Virus record (IMG/VR): IMGVR_UViG_3300027971_000046
Location: 1 to 64,000 of that record
Strand: one strand, 5' to 3'
Source: a virus
Length of the DNA stretch: 64,000 nt
The notes under the pieces were generated by a model. The model worked only from the letters and a program-made list of their open reading frames with translations. It was not told the origin of the DNA and ran no database searches. Positions 19,287 to 29,469 of the stretch are shown here, piece by piece (position 1 is the stretch's first letter; each line of letters begins with the position of its first letter). The position numbers and the translations under genes are program-made.

Positions 19287-20099
19287 TCACCGCCACTTGT
19301 TGTTGTCTTTGGAACGATTGGTGTGGCGAGACACGAGCCGTATGTTCTTTTTCCCGTTGTTCAGCGCGTTTCCGTCCTTGTGGTCAATCTCGCGTCCATC
19401 GGTGCTTTTTCCTTCGCGTCCCATTTTGCGAAGAATACGCTTGCGCGAAGTTTTCTTCTTCATGGCTTTACGCTGCTTGGGCGTGGGGTTGTCGCCGCCG
19501 TACATCTTGGCGTATTCAGCCTTGTAGTCACGGGCTTCGGGAACCATGCCGCGCAGCGGATTGAGCGGATCTTTCCACTTCATACCCTTGGGTGGATGGG
19601 CAGACGCTTCCACTTTGCTCCACGGTAGCACAGCCAGTTTAGCCGTGGTCACCGTGCGCTTGTTCTGAAGCGGTCCTTGACCGCTCACCATGCGATCTGT
19701 AATCTCATAACCGTACTGCTTGCCAAACCGCCGCATCATGGCACTGTAAACGGCATCGCGCTTGCCTTCGGATGTCTTGGACACCATGTCAAACTGTTTG
19801 GGCAATTCCTCAAATGTTTCGGTATGCCACTTCAAGAACATCTTTACGGCTTCAATCACCGTTGCCAGTATGCGGTACGGCTTGCCTGCGTGGGTGAGTT
19901 CATGTGAGCCGTCAAGCGTGAAGTTGATTTCCCACCCGTTGTTGATCTTTGTAATATCAATGTTCAGGTACTGACCGTTTTCGGTCTGTGCTTGATAGGT
20001 GACTTCAATGGTTGTCATGCCGTGACCGATCCGCTTCATTTCACGCACAGGAAGCGGACGATCAAACAGTTCAGTGAGATAGGAGCGAAATGTGTTCAC
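19287..20099 (-). CDS. putative internal head protein with C-terminal HNH-like module
   Basis: MNTFRSYLTE; C-terminal EIDHKDGNALNN...RLVSRHTNRS. Confidence 0.7.
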   Translation of the reverse strand: MNTFRSYLTELFDRPLPVREMKRIGHGMTTIEVTYQAQTENGQYLNIDITKINNGWEINFTLDGSHELTHAGKPYRILATVIEAVKMFLKWHTETFEELPKQFDMVSKTSEGKRDAVYSAMMRRFGKQYGYEITDRMVSGQGPLQNKRTVTTAKLAVLPWSKVEASAHPPKGMKWKDPLNPLRGMVPEARDYKAEYAKMYGGDNPTPKQRKAMKKKTSRKRILRKMGREGKSTDGREIDHKDGNALNNGKKNIRLVSRHTNRSKDNNKWR

Positions 20100-20842
20100 G
20101 CTTTACCTCCCTGATACAACTCACCAAACTTGTGCTGTTTGTCCAACCAAACAATGGTGGGTGCTGCCATGCCCCCACGCGCAATGTCCAACTCATGCAC
20201 CGTGCCGCCCACTGCGGCGGCTGCTTTACGCGCAAGTGCTTTGTAGATGCGACCACGCGCAGGATTGGCACTGGTCTTGGTTCCAATGATGATTCCGCGA
20301 ACGGGATGGTTGTTCTTGACGAATTCACGCGAAGCGTCCACCACCGCGCCAAGCACAGAAGCAGCACCGCCTGTACTCAACCAATTCAGGTCTTCATCTG
20401 TGCCGCCGCTATCAAATTTCCAATAGAACTTGCTGATGTCCTTGGGTTTTGAGCCAACTGGGTACGGACGGGGCGGCATACGCTCAAGCGATGTTGCGTG
20501 GCGAGAAAACGACAACTCGTAGATGCCGTCAGGCTCCAAGCCGTAGAACAGCAAAAATTCAGGGTATTCGTTTCGGATCTGCACAAGTGGAGTAAACTCC
20601 ACCGAGTACACATACACTCTTGCTTTTTTTGTGTAGAACTTGTGCAGGCTGTCAAAGTGATTCTCTGGCGTGACTTCCAATTCCTTTTCCACCCACTGCG
20701 TGAGTTTGCTTCCACGATCAGGAACAGGTATCAAGCGACCGTCTTTTTCCTGCACATGAAAAATGAATTGATTGTAGCCCATGCGTTGCAGGGAAAACTT
20801 TGTGTCAAACAGTTCGGTGAGATATGAGCGGAAGTCTATCAT
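20096..20842 (-). CDS. putative internal head protein, paralog of the adjacent ORF
   Basis: MIDFRSYLTELFD shared with 19287-20099, plus a similar core domain. Confidence 0.7.
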   Translation of the reverse strand: MIDFRSYLTELFDTKFSLQRMGYNQFIFHVQEKDGRLIPVPDRGSKLTQWVEKELEVTPENHFDSLHKFYTKKARVYVYSVEFTPLVQIRNEYPEFLLFYGLEPDGIYELSFSRHATSLERMPPRPYPVGSKPKDISKFYWKFDSGGTDEDLNWLSTGGAASVLGAVVDASREFVKNNHPVRGIIIGTKTSANPARGRIYKALARKAAAAVGGTVHELDIARGGMAAPTIVWLDKQHKFGELYQGGKA

Positions 20843-21849
20843 ACGGCTTTACGCTTCACCTTTCCGTGCAGTTGACGGGAGAAAATTTCGGAGCGGTAGT
20901 CCACAGCCTTGTCGGAGTATGTGGTGTAGCCGCCCTTTACCCACGAATCAGCGTAGGTCATCTGATTTCCGCCTGTCATCTGCGACAACTTCAAATTCGT
21001 GACTTCAACGGTGTCACCCAAACGAATGGGCGGCAACCCTTCCTTGCGATCCGCTGTGCCAATGTAGCCCATGAGCATCCAGCCTTCATCGGTCTGAATG
21101 CGAACACGCCATCGCCACACGCTCATCTTGGCATCATACGCTTTCTGACCAGGAGTATCCACATACGGACTCTTCCCATCTCGTTCTCCAATGCGGAAGC
21201 GCGTGTTCCTGTACTTCTTGGTCTTTACGGGAATATCAAACACAGGATGCAACTGCACAATCTTGCCGCTGATGTTGAACGGCTTACGAAAGTACTCGGG
21301 TTTGGGCTGCGGTGTGTCGCCTTGTTCCACGCCTTCTTTCACGGTTTTCTTCTGACCAATCCCGTACTTCTTCAAAATTGCATCTCGCTTGGCTTGCAGT
21401 TCTCGCTGCCGTGGTGAAGCGGGCATGGTTTTCAGGATTTTAATTGTCAGGCGATTTGCTTCTTTGCGGTCTTCAGGCGACATCACAGCCCACGGATCTT
21501 TGAAATCCTTGAAGTCATGTGAGGTTTCATTTTTGACCCACTGCATTACCATAGCCTTGGCTTTCGCTAGTGTATCCACGACCTCATCAGGCTGTCCACC
21601 TTCACGCACTCTGCGAATGAGATTTGCTTCGGGACCACCATCCTCTTCATACGATGCACCACTGCCATCGTATATGCAGTATAACTTCTTGCCTATCGGG
21701 GCATACCCGCGATACTCGTTGCATTTGGAAATCATGTACTTGCCGTGGCTTGTGATCCATGTGTTTGGACGCTTGCCTTTCACGATGGTAACCGCAGCAG
21801 CCTCTGTGATTTCTACGCGCTCCTGCATGAAATGCGAAAACCCTTTCAT
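20839..21849 (-). CDS. putative internal head protein (modular)
   Basis: MKGFSHFMQE..EITEA; internal TVKEG. Confidence 0.65.
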   Translation of the reverse strand: MKGFSHFMQERVEITEAAAVTIVKGKRPNTWITSHGKYMISKCNEYRGYAPIGKKLYCIYDGSGASYEEDGGPEANLIRRVREGGQPDEVVDTLAKAKAMVMQWVKNETSHDFKDFKDPWAVMSPEDRKEANRLTIKILKTMPASPRQRELQAKRDAILKKYGIGQKKTVKEGVEQGDTPQPKPEYFRKPFNISGKIVQLHPVFDIPVKTKKYRNTRFRIGERDGKSPYVDTPGQKAYDAKMSVWRWRVRIQTDEGWMLMGYIGTADRKEGLPPIRLGDTVEVTNLKLSQMTGGNQMTYADSWVKGGYTTYSDKAVDYRSEIFSRQLHGKVKRKAV

Positions 21850-22415
21850 ATCGCGCCCTCCACATCCATGTCAACCACTGTGTAGCCAGGGAACATACGC
21901 GCCAGATTGTTTGCCACGCGATTCTTGCCGCGTTGAAGCGCACGATCACGCAGCAGATTTTGTCCTGTTGCCGCAGAGATAAGCGAAACGGTCTTGCGGA
22001 AACGGTCAACGCGACCCTGATAGTCAGGCATACCGCTTCCGTTGGTTGATCGTTCAACCGCACTACGATATTCAGGAATATCGTGGTGTATCACATCAGC
22101 GGTTTGGTGTGGCGGAATTTCCCACACTATGATCTTGCCGCCGTCCCACCACCACAACAGCGGCAAGTACTGGCGCAGAGTCTTGACATCATTGGTTGGC
22201 GGCAGTCCCCACTTCTCAAGCCAACGAGCGTTGGGATTGTCGTGACCTGTTGAATCGTAAGCCGCATAGGTCTTGCCGTCATAGGTGGTTTCAGCACGCA
22301 AACGCTGAAGCGTCTTTGCAGCGGTTTTCTTGTAGCCGCGTGGCTTCCGTGCGCCCTTTACGGCTTTGGTCTTGGAGATCACGGCTTCGCGTAGATGTTG
22401 AGTAAAAGACTTCAT
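21846..22415 (-). CDS. putative internal head protein
   Basis: MKSFTQHLREA. Confidence 0.65.
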   Translation of the reverse strand: MKSFTQHLREAVISKTKAVKGARKPRGYKKTAAKTLQRLRAETTYDGKTYAAYDSTGHDNPNARWLEKWGLPPTNDVKTLRQYLPLLWWWDGGKIIVWEIPPHQTADVIHHDIPEYRSAVERSTNGSGMPDYQGRVDRFRKTVSLISAATGQNLLRDRALQRGKNRVANNLARMFPGYTVVDMDVEGAI

Positions 22416-22924
22416 GCGATTTTCCTTGCGCGTTTTACTATTTCAGAGTGATCGAATGCAAGTTGAGGCATTTTGTTCACGGGAAACCACTCTGCTGCGC
22501 TTGCATCATCTGCACCGCGAACCCGTGGATTGAAGCCCTTCGGAAGCGTAACGGTGAACGCATGGGAGCGCGACCACGATTCTGCACTGTCGCGTGGATC
22601 GCGTCCACCACCCTCGAAAACTCCGATATGCTTTATCATTCGCTGCTGTGCAGGGGTGAGTCGCAGTCCTGTTTCTTCTTCCAATTCACGAACCGCTGCT
22701 TGCAGAGGCGATTCCGCCCCACCCTTCCACTCTTCTCCGCGCTGTGCCGTGGTGTTGATGAAGCCACCAGGGATTGCCCACTTGCCGCCTTCCACGCTGC
22801 CAGTCTTGCGCTTGATGAGCAGCAGTTCTTTTCCGTTCGCGCCTTCACGAAACACCACAAGATCCACCGTGGGATTTGCACCACGAAAAAAGTATTCTGT
22901 GATGTGGACGCGAAACGACTTCAC
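22412..22924 (-). CDS. NUDIX hydrolase (ADP-ribose pyrophosphatase-like)
   Basis: WAIPGGF...ESPLQAAVRELEEETGL, RDPR, GADDA, LAFDH; likely GTG start giving MKSFRVHITE. Confidence 0.88.
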   Translation of the reverse strand: MKSFRVHITEYFFRGANPTVDLVVFREGANGKELLLIKRKTGSVEGGKWAIPGGFINTTAQRGEEWKGGAESPLQAAVRELEEETGLRLTPAQQRMIKHIGVFEGGGRDPRDSAESWSRSHAFTVTLPKGFNPRVRGADDASAAEWFPVNKMPQLAFDHSEIVKRARKIA

Positions 22925-23646
22925 GATGCGGTTCTCCACTCGTTTGGATTGTACCGCTTGAAATCCGATAGTCCGCGATTCAGTCCAACGCGCTCCACCA
23001 CGACTGTGTTGAAGTTGCCACCGCTCTCGCTGATCTCGCGCAGTGCTGCACGAATGGAGTCGCCGTTGATGCCTTCCAGTGACGGTGAATTTCGTGCGCT
23101 TCCCGAGTACACCTTCAGCCAGCCCTTCATGTACGCAAGCCGCTGCACTTCATACGCCAGATCAATGTCTGTCTTCAGAATGCTGTCGCGCACACTTTCG
23201 GCTGTGTGTGCCTGTGGAGTGCCTTCGCTGTCGTACCAATTCATGTGGCGCGACACCAAATGCTCTGCTTCCTTCAGCAGTCCCCCATTCAGTTCTGCGG
23301 TGGAGATGCCGAATGCCCGTGGAGTCTTTACAATCTGCGTGACATGGAAGCCACTGGTGAACAGGAACCACTGCTTGGTGGGATGCCACCAGCCTGGCTT
23401 CATGTTGTAGCCGCCACCGCTCCACGGAAACGGCTGACGCGCCGACTGTGTGCGGTGCTGTGCTTGCGACTTTGCAAGAGCCTTTGCGGCTACCCGTGCC
23501 ATGACTCCACCGTAAAGCCGTGCTTGCCGCCGCTCGTATGCAATATCTGCACGACTACGCGCTCCACTGGTAGCGGGTGGCGTGTACGCATTGGGGTTGT
23601 CCTCAATGGCGAGGCGTTCGGTAATGTACTGGCGGAATGTCTTCAT
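22921..23646 (-). CDS. putative internal head protein
   Basis: MKTFRQYITE directly after a CTAAATA box. Confidence 0.7.
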   Translation of the reverse strand: MKTFRQYITERLAIEDNPNAYTPPATSGARSRADIAYERRQARLYGGVMARVAAKALAKSQAQHRTQSARQPFPWSGGGYNMKPGWWHPTKQWFLFTSGFHVTQIVKTPRAFGISTAELNGGLLKEAEHLVSRHMNWYDSEGTPQAHTAESVRDSILKTDIDLAYEVQRLAYMKGWLKVYSGSARNSPSLEGINGDSIRAALREISESGGNFNTVVVERVGLNRGLSDFKRYNPNEWRTAS

Positions 23647-23665
23647 ACGGATATTTAGACCCAAA

Positions 23666-23688
23666 GAAAAACCCCCTTGCGGGGGTTG
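23666..23688 (-). terminator. intrinsic terminator
   Basis: AACCCCC-GCAA-GGGGGTT followed by T tract on the minus strand. Confidence 0.65.
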
Positions 23689-23712
23689 ATCGTTTGCCAA
23701 GGTGGACTGCAT

Positions 23713-24258
23713 TTATTTACTCTTCAGCACTGCGCCTATCGTCTTGTGGAGCCGCTTGTGGGCTGCTTCACCCGCCGCGCCCCCCACCATGCGCGATTCG
23801 TCCAGGTCACCGTGGAAGGTGTCCCAGTTGTCGATCACGATCTGTGCAGACGAGCCGCCCAGTACCATGCTGGGAACGCCGTTGCGCTTCAGGATTGCCC
23901 CTACCTTCGCACGGAGTGTGCCCCCACGGATGGAGGAGTCGCCCATCACGGGACGCAGTGCGCCGACCGCCTTCGGGGGAAGCCCTTCCATGAAATCGTG
24001 CAGTGCGGCTTTCACCCCGCCTTCGTGGAGTACGCTTTCGGTCTTCAGGGGTTCGCTCACGCGGGGAGTGGTGGGGTTCGCCTTTGTGGGCACAGGCTTC
24101 TTGCCCAATTTGTCCCCGTACTTGTCGTACCGTGTGCCAGCCTTGCTTGGCGGAATGGGAGCAGGAGTCTTTTCCGTTGTGATTTCAGCAATTACCGCTG
24201 CCAGATCGCTGCGGTTTTCGGGGGTACGGAACGGGAATGGGTCAAGAAATGGTTTCAT
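23713..24258 (-). CDS. hypothetical protein
   Basis: SD GAGGAG before MKPFLDP; LHEG and LDES motifs. Confidence 0.6.
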   Translation of the reverse strand: MKPFLDPFPFRTPENRSDLAAVIAEITTEKTPAPIPPSKAGTRYDKYGDKLGKKPVPTKANPTTPRVSEPLKTESVLHEGGVKAALHDFMEGLPPKAVGALRPVMGDSSIRGGTLRAKVGAILKRNGVPSMVLGGSSAQIVIDNWDTFHGDLDESRMVGGAAGEAAHKRLHKTIGAVLKSK

Positions 24259-24488
24259 TGTGGCTTCTCCTCTTGTGAAATTATGTAGGCTTCCACAGGG
24301 TCTTCTGCCTGTGACCACTGCCACAGTCTGTTGAACAATTCTCGCCGTTTCTCACAGCCATCACACTCCCGAATGCCTAGAGCGTGTGTCAGAGCGTGTA
24401 CAGCGTCACCTAGACCGCGAACCGCGTTCTGGGCGTCTGGCAGGGGTTTCGTCCCATTATTTGAAATTTCACCCCCACTTTCACCCAC
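24255..24488 (-). CDS. small Cys-containing phage protein
   Basis: GLGDAV...GIRECDGCEKRRELFN motif. Confidence 0.55.
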   Translation of the reverse strand: MGESGGEISNNGTKPLPDAQNAVRGLGDAVHALTHALGIRECDGCEKRRELFNRLWQWSQAEDPVEAYIISQEEKPQ

Positions 24489-24542
24489 CTTCTCCCACCC
24501 TTCGGAAACGGTGTAGAAATAGGGGAGCGTGTGTGGTGGCGT

Positions 24543-24827
24543 TCATTGGGGTCCGTACTTCCTACCACGCAGCGATGCAGCGCGATCCAGATTTTCACGG
24601 TAACGCTTGGGTAGACCCGCCCCCATTTTCCGCGTTAATTCTTTGAATTGCGAGCCTGGTCCTGCCGTAGCGTCTGCTCCCATCACAGGAACGCTGATGC
24701 CGCGCTGCACACCACGCTTCTTGCAAGCGGGACACGGCTGCTTGCACGGCAGGTCGCGGTCGTCTATTTTATGAATGGTTTCGAAAGCGTGGGCGCACTT
24801 CGCGCAAGAGTACTCATAGGTGGGCAT
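24543..24827 (-). CDS. FmdB-family zinc-ribbon protein
   Basis: MPTYEYSCAKC...CPAC. Confidence 0.85.
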   Translation of the reverse strand: MPTYEYSCAKCAHAFETIHKIDDRDLPCKQPCPACKKRGVQRGISVPVMGADATAGPGSQFKELTRKMGAGLPKRYRENLDRAASLRGRKYGPQ

Positions 24828-24863
24828 AGTGTAGTCTCCTCTACACTATGTATGGCTACGGGA

Positions 24864-25283
24864 TCAGCACCCCCGTGCGAGTTTCCTCATGTACTTGCGG
24901 TGTTCCCGCATCAGTACACGGCGTGGAATAGGCAATTTAAATTGCTTGCACAGTTCTAGAGCCTCGCGCTCGGTCTGTCGCTCTAGTGTCAGGTAGTCCT
25001 GTTCCCACCAAATAGGGTCGTCCCGCATCCACTGCTGAAAGTGGGCGTACTCATGGGCTAGGGTGTACAGCCAGTCGGAAGCCTTGCGACCGCCCACGGC
25101 TACACGCAGTTGACCGCTCTGCCCCTTGCGATGCCACGGCTCAATGAAATACCCTTGGCAGCGTTCACCGCCGCCGTTGACTTCGTAGCCACTAGACAGG
25201 GTAAAGCGCACATTGCACTTTTTGCACTGTGAGCGAACGGTCTTGAGAAAGTGTTGAACTCGGGGATTGGTCATGTAAGCCAT
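24864..25283 (-). CDS. HExxH metallopeptidase-like protein
   Basis: TLAHEYAHFQQW...LERQTE. Confidence 0.7.
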   Translation of the reverse strand: MAYMTNPRVQHFLKTVRSQCKKCNVRFTLSSGYEVNGGGERCQGYFIEPWHRKGQSGQLRVAVGGRKASDWLYTLAHEYAHFQQWMRDDPIWWEQDYLTLERQTEREALELCKQFKLPIPRRVLMREHRKYMRKLARGC

Positions 25284-25583
25284 TGGGAATCCTCCTGTTA
25301 TGCCTACTGTATGTTGCTATTCTACCGCACCCAAAATTTCAAGAATAGGGGTGGATCAATACTTGAATGCGAAACAATATTTGAAAGGTATGGGTTTCGA
25401 GATCGAGAGTGTCGAGCGGGGTTCTTGAGGCATTGCGGGAATGGGTGAAGTGTGTCGCGGCTCGTGCGCTCGTGCAGGCGCGTGCGGGCAGCCGCCCCCC
25501 GTACAGGTTATCGGACTCGCTGTCCCCGTAAGTCCTGTATTCCCAAGGGTTTACGCAATCTATATTTGAATCCCCTGTTTCGC

Positions 25584-25612
25584 TTGCAAATATGCCCATT
25601 TTCCAGTACAAT
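25584..25612 (+). promoter_or_regulatory. sigma70-type early promoter, leaderless
   Basis: TTGCAA-17-TACAAT, ATG 6 nt downstream, no SD. Confidence 0.7.
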
Positions 25613-25618
25613 TTGGGT

Positions 25619-28000
25619 ATGTCTACGCCTCTCGTTTCCACCGTCCCGACCGCACCCACCACCGCCAAGTCCATGCTGGCGCGTCTGCTGGCTACCGAAA
25701 ACATTTCGGTGCAGCATGAGAACATTCCCACGGCATTTTTTGATCTGAAGGCGCGTAGCCTCCACCTGCCCATGTGGTCGGGTGTGAGCATGAACCTGTA
25801 CGATATGCTTGTGGGTCACGAAGTGGCTCACGCCCTGTTCACGCCGCAGGACGGTTGGCGCGATGCCATCGACTCCGTGAGCGCGGCTACGGGTTGCAAC
25901 AAGACCCTTGCCAAGTCGTACCTGAACATCGTGGAAGATGCGCGTATTGAGCGCATGATCAAGGCGAAGTTTCCTGGTCTCCGCGCTGACTTCATCAAGG
26001 GCTACGCCACGCTGAACGAGCGCAAGTTCTTTGGCGATCTTTCGAATATTGGCGAGATGTGCTTTGCTGACCGCATGAACCTGCACTACAAGTGCGGCGT
26101 TCACATTGGCACGGCGATCCGCTTCAGCGCGGAAGAGCAGGTGTTCGTTAGCCGCGTGGACGCTGCCAAGACTTGGGCGGATGTGGTGAGCATTGCCGAA
26201 GACATTATCCGTTGGGAGCAGTCGCAGCAGCAGGAGCAGGGCAACCAGCCCCAGCCGCAGGACGGCACTGACAGCGAGGGCGAGGGCGAGGCGCTGCCGT
26301 CCGACAATGACGGCGAGAACGGTGACGCGCAGGACAGCAGCGCGGACGGCATGGACATTGACGGCGAGGAGTCGCAGGAGCAGAACGGTTCTGGCAAGTC
26401 TACTTCGGACACCACCGAAGGCAAGGAGCAGAAGCAGCAGGACGGCAAGGCTTCGAACAACGGCGGCAATGACAGCGCACAGAGCGGCAGCGACAACGCT
26501 GTTGCTGACGGCAAGCCTGAAATGGGCGAAGACGCTGGCGATGACGCTCCCATGCCCACCACGAACAATGCGCTTGAGGAATCGCTCAAGACGCTGAACG
26601 CTGATGAGGGCGACTCGCCCAACCGCGTGATTCGTCTGCCCATGCCGTCCACTGATGCCAAGGAAATCGTGATTGATTTCACCCGCATCATGGCTGACCT
26701 GAAGGCTACGGGTTTCTCGCAGTACATGAACGGCAAGTTCAACATCGCGGACTACACCTCCGCTACCGCTACGATGGCGACCGCGTTCAACCGCAAGAAG
26801 GCGGCTGATGTGTTCCGCCGCTCCACCGTGGCAAAGACGGGTGCATTGGATACGCTCCGCATGAACCAGTACAAGTGGACGGACGACATCTTCCGCCGCA
26901 CCACCCGCGTGGCTGAAGGCAAGAACCACGGCATCGTGATTCTGCTTGACTGGTCGGGTTCAATGAGCGGCATCATGCAGTCCACCATTGGTCAGTTGCT
27001 TATTCTCACGGACTTCTGCCGCAAGGTGGGCGTTCCGTTCGAAGTGTACGCTTTCACGAACACGCCGTACATCAAGGCGGAAAAGGTTCCGCACTACGGC
27101 ACTCCCGAGTACGACCAGTATTGGAAGAACGAACACGCGAAGCAGGACGCTCGTACCGATGCGCTTTCGTTTGCCGCGATGAATCTGCTGAACTTCCTGT
27201 CCTCGCGCATGAAGGCTAACGAGTACGAGGCTATGAAGTCGGCTATGTGGAATTGGTCGCGCATGAGCGGCTACGATCTCCGCTTCGCCATGAACAGCAC
27301 CCCCACCCATGCGGCTCTGCTGTACGCATCGGAGATCGTTGGCAACTTCATCAAGCGCAACGGCATTCAGATTGCCCACACGGTGGTGCTGACTGACGGC
27401 GAACCCACGGACGACATTGATTTCTCGTTCAACCGTTGGGCGCGTTCGCAGGGCAAGGAAGCCTACGGTTCGGATTGGCGTGACTCGTACCGCAGCGCGG
27501 TGGTGATGAATGACCCCGTGACTGGCGCGTCTTACGATGTGCAGCGTGTGCATGGCAAGACGGGCAAGTACTACACCTACGGCAATGTGGTGTTCACTGG
27601 CGAAGGACGCAACCACACCACGCAGGTCGCGCTCGACATTCTGCGCCGCCGCACTGGCTCCAAGATCCATTGGATCGGTCTGACCGAGCGTAGCCGTGCC
27701 ATCCAAGCGGAGAACTACGGCATGACTGCCGCCAAGGGCAGCAATTGGAAGCGTGACGGTTTCATCCGTGGCGCGGTTGCGGGTTGGGATTCGGCGGTGA
27801 TTGTGAACGCCGAGCGTTTCCTCCGCAACACGGACGGCAGCGTGTCGGCAACCGCGCAGAAGTTCCTGACTGCTGCGGAGTCCAAGATGGACAACGCTGC
27901 CACGAAGTCCACGCTTGCCAATGCGTTCATGGAAACGCAGATCGCGCAGGGTTCGCTCCGCACGGTCGCGTCCATCATCGGAGACTACCTCGCGGTCTAA
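25619..28000 (+). CDS. VWA-domain protein with N-terminal HExxH peptidase-like domain (CobT-like partner of MoxR ATPase)
   Basis: GHEVAHALFT, NIVEDARIE, acidic linker, MIDAS DWSGSM, VLTDGE. Confidence 0.88.
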   Translation: MSTPLVSTVPTAPTTAKSMLARLLATENISVQHENIPTAFFDLKARSLHLPMWSGVSMNLYDMLVGHEVAHALFTPQDGWRDAIDSVSAATGCNKTLAKSYLNIVEDARIERMIKAKFPGLRADFIKGYATLNERKFFGDLSNIGEMCFADRMNLHYKCGVHIGTAIRFSAEEQVFVSRVDAAKTWADVVSIAEDIIRWEQSQQQEQGNQPQPQDGTDSEGEGEALPSDNDGENGDAQDSSADGMDIDGEESQEQNGSGKSTSDTTEGKEQKQQDGKASNNGGNDSAQSGSDNAVADGKPEMGEDAGDDAPMPTTNNALEESLKTLNADEGDSPNRVIRLPMPSTDAKEIVIDFTRIMADLKATGFSQYMNGKFNIADYTSATATMATAFNRKKAADVFRRSTVAKTGALDTLRMNQYKWTDDIFRRTTRVAEGKNHGIVILLDWSGSMSGIMQSTIGQLLILTDFCRKVGVPFEVYAFTNTPYIKAEKVPHYGTPEYDQYWKNEHAKQDARTDALSFAAMNLLNFLSSRMKANEYEAMKSAMWNWSRMSGYDLRFAMNSTPTHAALLYASEIVGNFIKRNGIQIAHTVVLTDGEPTDDIDFSFNRWARSQGKEAYGSDWRDSYRSAVVMNDPVTGASYDVQRVHGKTGKYYTYGNVVFTGEGRNHTTQVALDILRRRTGSKIHWIGLTERSRAIQAENYGMTAAKGSNWKRDGFIRGAVAGWDSAVIVNAERFLRNTDGSVSATAQKFLTAAESKMDNAATKSTLANAFMETQIAQGSLRTVASIIGDYLAV

Positions 28001-28086
28001 AAACCGCAGTTTTTCACTAATAGCGTAAAGTCCTTTACTACAAGGGGTTACAGCAGATATTATCGGACGCGCTGTCCCCGCAAGCC

Positions 28087-28115
28087 TTGAAATACAGGCA
28101 GAAATGCAGTAGAAT
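28087..28115 (+). promoter_or_regulatory. sigma70-type early promoter, leaderless
   Basis: TTGAAA-17-TAGAAT, ATG 7 nt downstream. Confidence 0.7.
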
Positions 28116-28122
28116 AAACCAC

Positions 28123-29469
28123 ATGAAGACCGCTTCTTTCAACATGACCTCTTCCCAGTTCGCCTTTATCGCTGCTGTTCGTCCGCACCTCGCGGCGTTC
28201 GGCATCACTGCCAAGACTTCCTGCAATGGGCAGTCGGTGCAGTTCTCGCCCCTGTTCCGCGCCGCGCACAAGGCGGGCTACGCTGCTGTTCCCGCGTGGT
28301 GCATGGACAAGACCCGCAAGTGTGGGCGTGGCGTGTACGCGCTGCCTGAACTCTTCGCGGACGATGCCGCGTTCACGATCACCGAAGTGAAGCGTGGTCG
28401 CCCTGCGGGTGCAAAGACCGCGAAGCCCGTGAAGAGCGCGAAGCCGAAGACTGTCGCGGCTGTGGAGCCGAAGACTGTCGCGGCTCCTGCCGCGCAGGTC
28501 GAAGAGTGCAGCGCGGTTGCGCTCACTGCGGGTACGGACACCGTGAGCCTTGCGCGTCAGGTCACGCAGGGCGAGGCGGACTCGTTCATTCCGTCCACCG
28601 ACTCCAACTATGTGGCATGGGGTTACCACAGCGAAATCAAGGACATCGTGAAGAAGGGCATTTTCGCGCCCGTGTTCATCACGGGTCTGAGCGGCAACGG
28701 TAAGACCACGATGGTGGAGCAGGTGTGCGCCTCGCTGAAGCGCGAGTGCATCCGCGTGAACTTCACCGCGCAGACGGACGAAGACGAACTCATCGGTGGC
28801 TTCCGCCTCATCAACGGCGAAACCAAGTTCGTGCCTGGTCCCGTGCTTGTGGCGATGGAGCGCGGCGCGATCCTGCTGCTTGACGAGATCGACCTTGGTG
28901 GTCACCTCATCATGTGCTTGCAGTCCGTGCTTGAGGGCAAGGGCAAGTACATCCCGAAGATCGGCAAGTATGTGCGTCCTGCCAAGGGCTTCAATGTGTT
29001 CGCTACCGCGAACACGAAGGGCAAGGGCGACAACGAAGGTCGCTTTGTCGGCACGAACATGATGAACGAGGCGTTCCTTGAGCGTTTCGACTTCACCTAC
29101 GAGCAGGACTACGCTTCCAACGCGGTGGAGAAGAAGATTCTCGCCAAGTACGCGGAGTCGCTTGGTGTGGACGAAGACGCTTTCATCGACAACCTTGTGT
29201 CGTGGGCTGACATCATCCGCAAGTCGTTCAAGCAGCAGGTGGTGAGCGAGATCATCACCACTCGCCGTCTGCTCCACATCATCAAGGCGTTCTCCATCTT
29301 TGGCGACAAGATGAAGAGCATTGAGCGGTGCGTGGCGCGTTTCGATGAGGACACGAAGGAGTCGTTCCTCCAGTTCTACACGAAGGTGGACGCGGACGCG
29401 CAGCCCAAGCCGCAGGTGCAGGACGCGCCCACGGCGAAGTCCAATGACCCCAACGCTTGCCCGTTCTAA
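28123..29469 (+). CDS. MoxR/CobS-like AAA+ ATPase
   Basis: Walker A GLSGNGKT, Walker B LLLDEID, ATANTKGKG, NEAFLERF. Confidence 0.92.
   Translation: MKTASFNMTSSQFAFIAAVRPHLAAFGITAKTSCNGQSVQFSPLFRAAHKAGYAAVPAWCMDKTRKCGRGVYALPELFADDAAFTITEVKRGRPAGAKTAKPVKSAKPKTVAAVEPKTVAAPAAQVEECSAVALTAGTDTVSLARQVTQGEADSFIPSTDSNYVAWGYHSEIKDIVKKGIFAPVFITGLSGNGKTTMVEQVCASLKRECIRVNFTAQTDEDELIGGFRLINGETKFVPGPVLVAMERGAILLLDEIDLGGHLIMCLQSVLEGKGKYIPKIGKYVRPAKGFNVFATANTKGKGDNEGRFVGTNMMNEAFLERFDFTYEQDYASNAVEKKILAKYAESLGVDEDAFIDNLVSWADIIRKSFKQQVVSEIITTRRLLHIIKAFSIFGDKMKSIERCVARFDEDTKESFLQFYTKVDADAQPKPQVQDAPTAKSNDPNACPF

Noticed and set aside
19287-19530. Mobile HNH homing endonuclease or intron
   Set aside because: Short HNH-like module fused after an xxE site in a CTS-tagged protein; no intron structure or interrupted gene
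25619-29469. Cobalamin biosynthesis genes cobT/cobS supporting NrdJ
   Set aside because: This MoxR-VWA pair is widespread in T4-like phages and no cobN or other cob genes are present; the names reflect family similarity only
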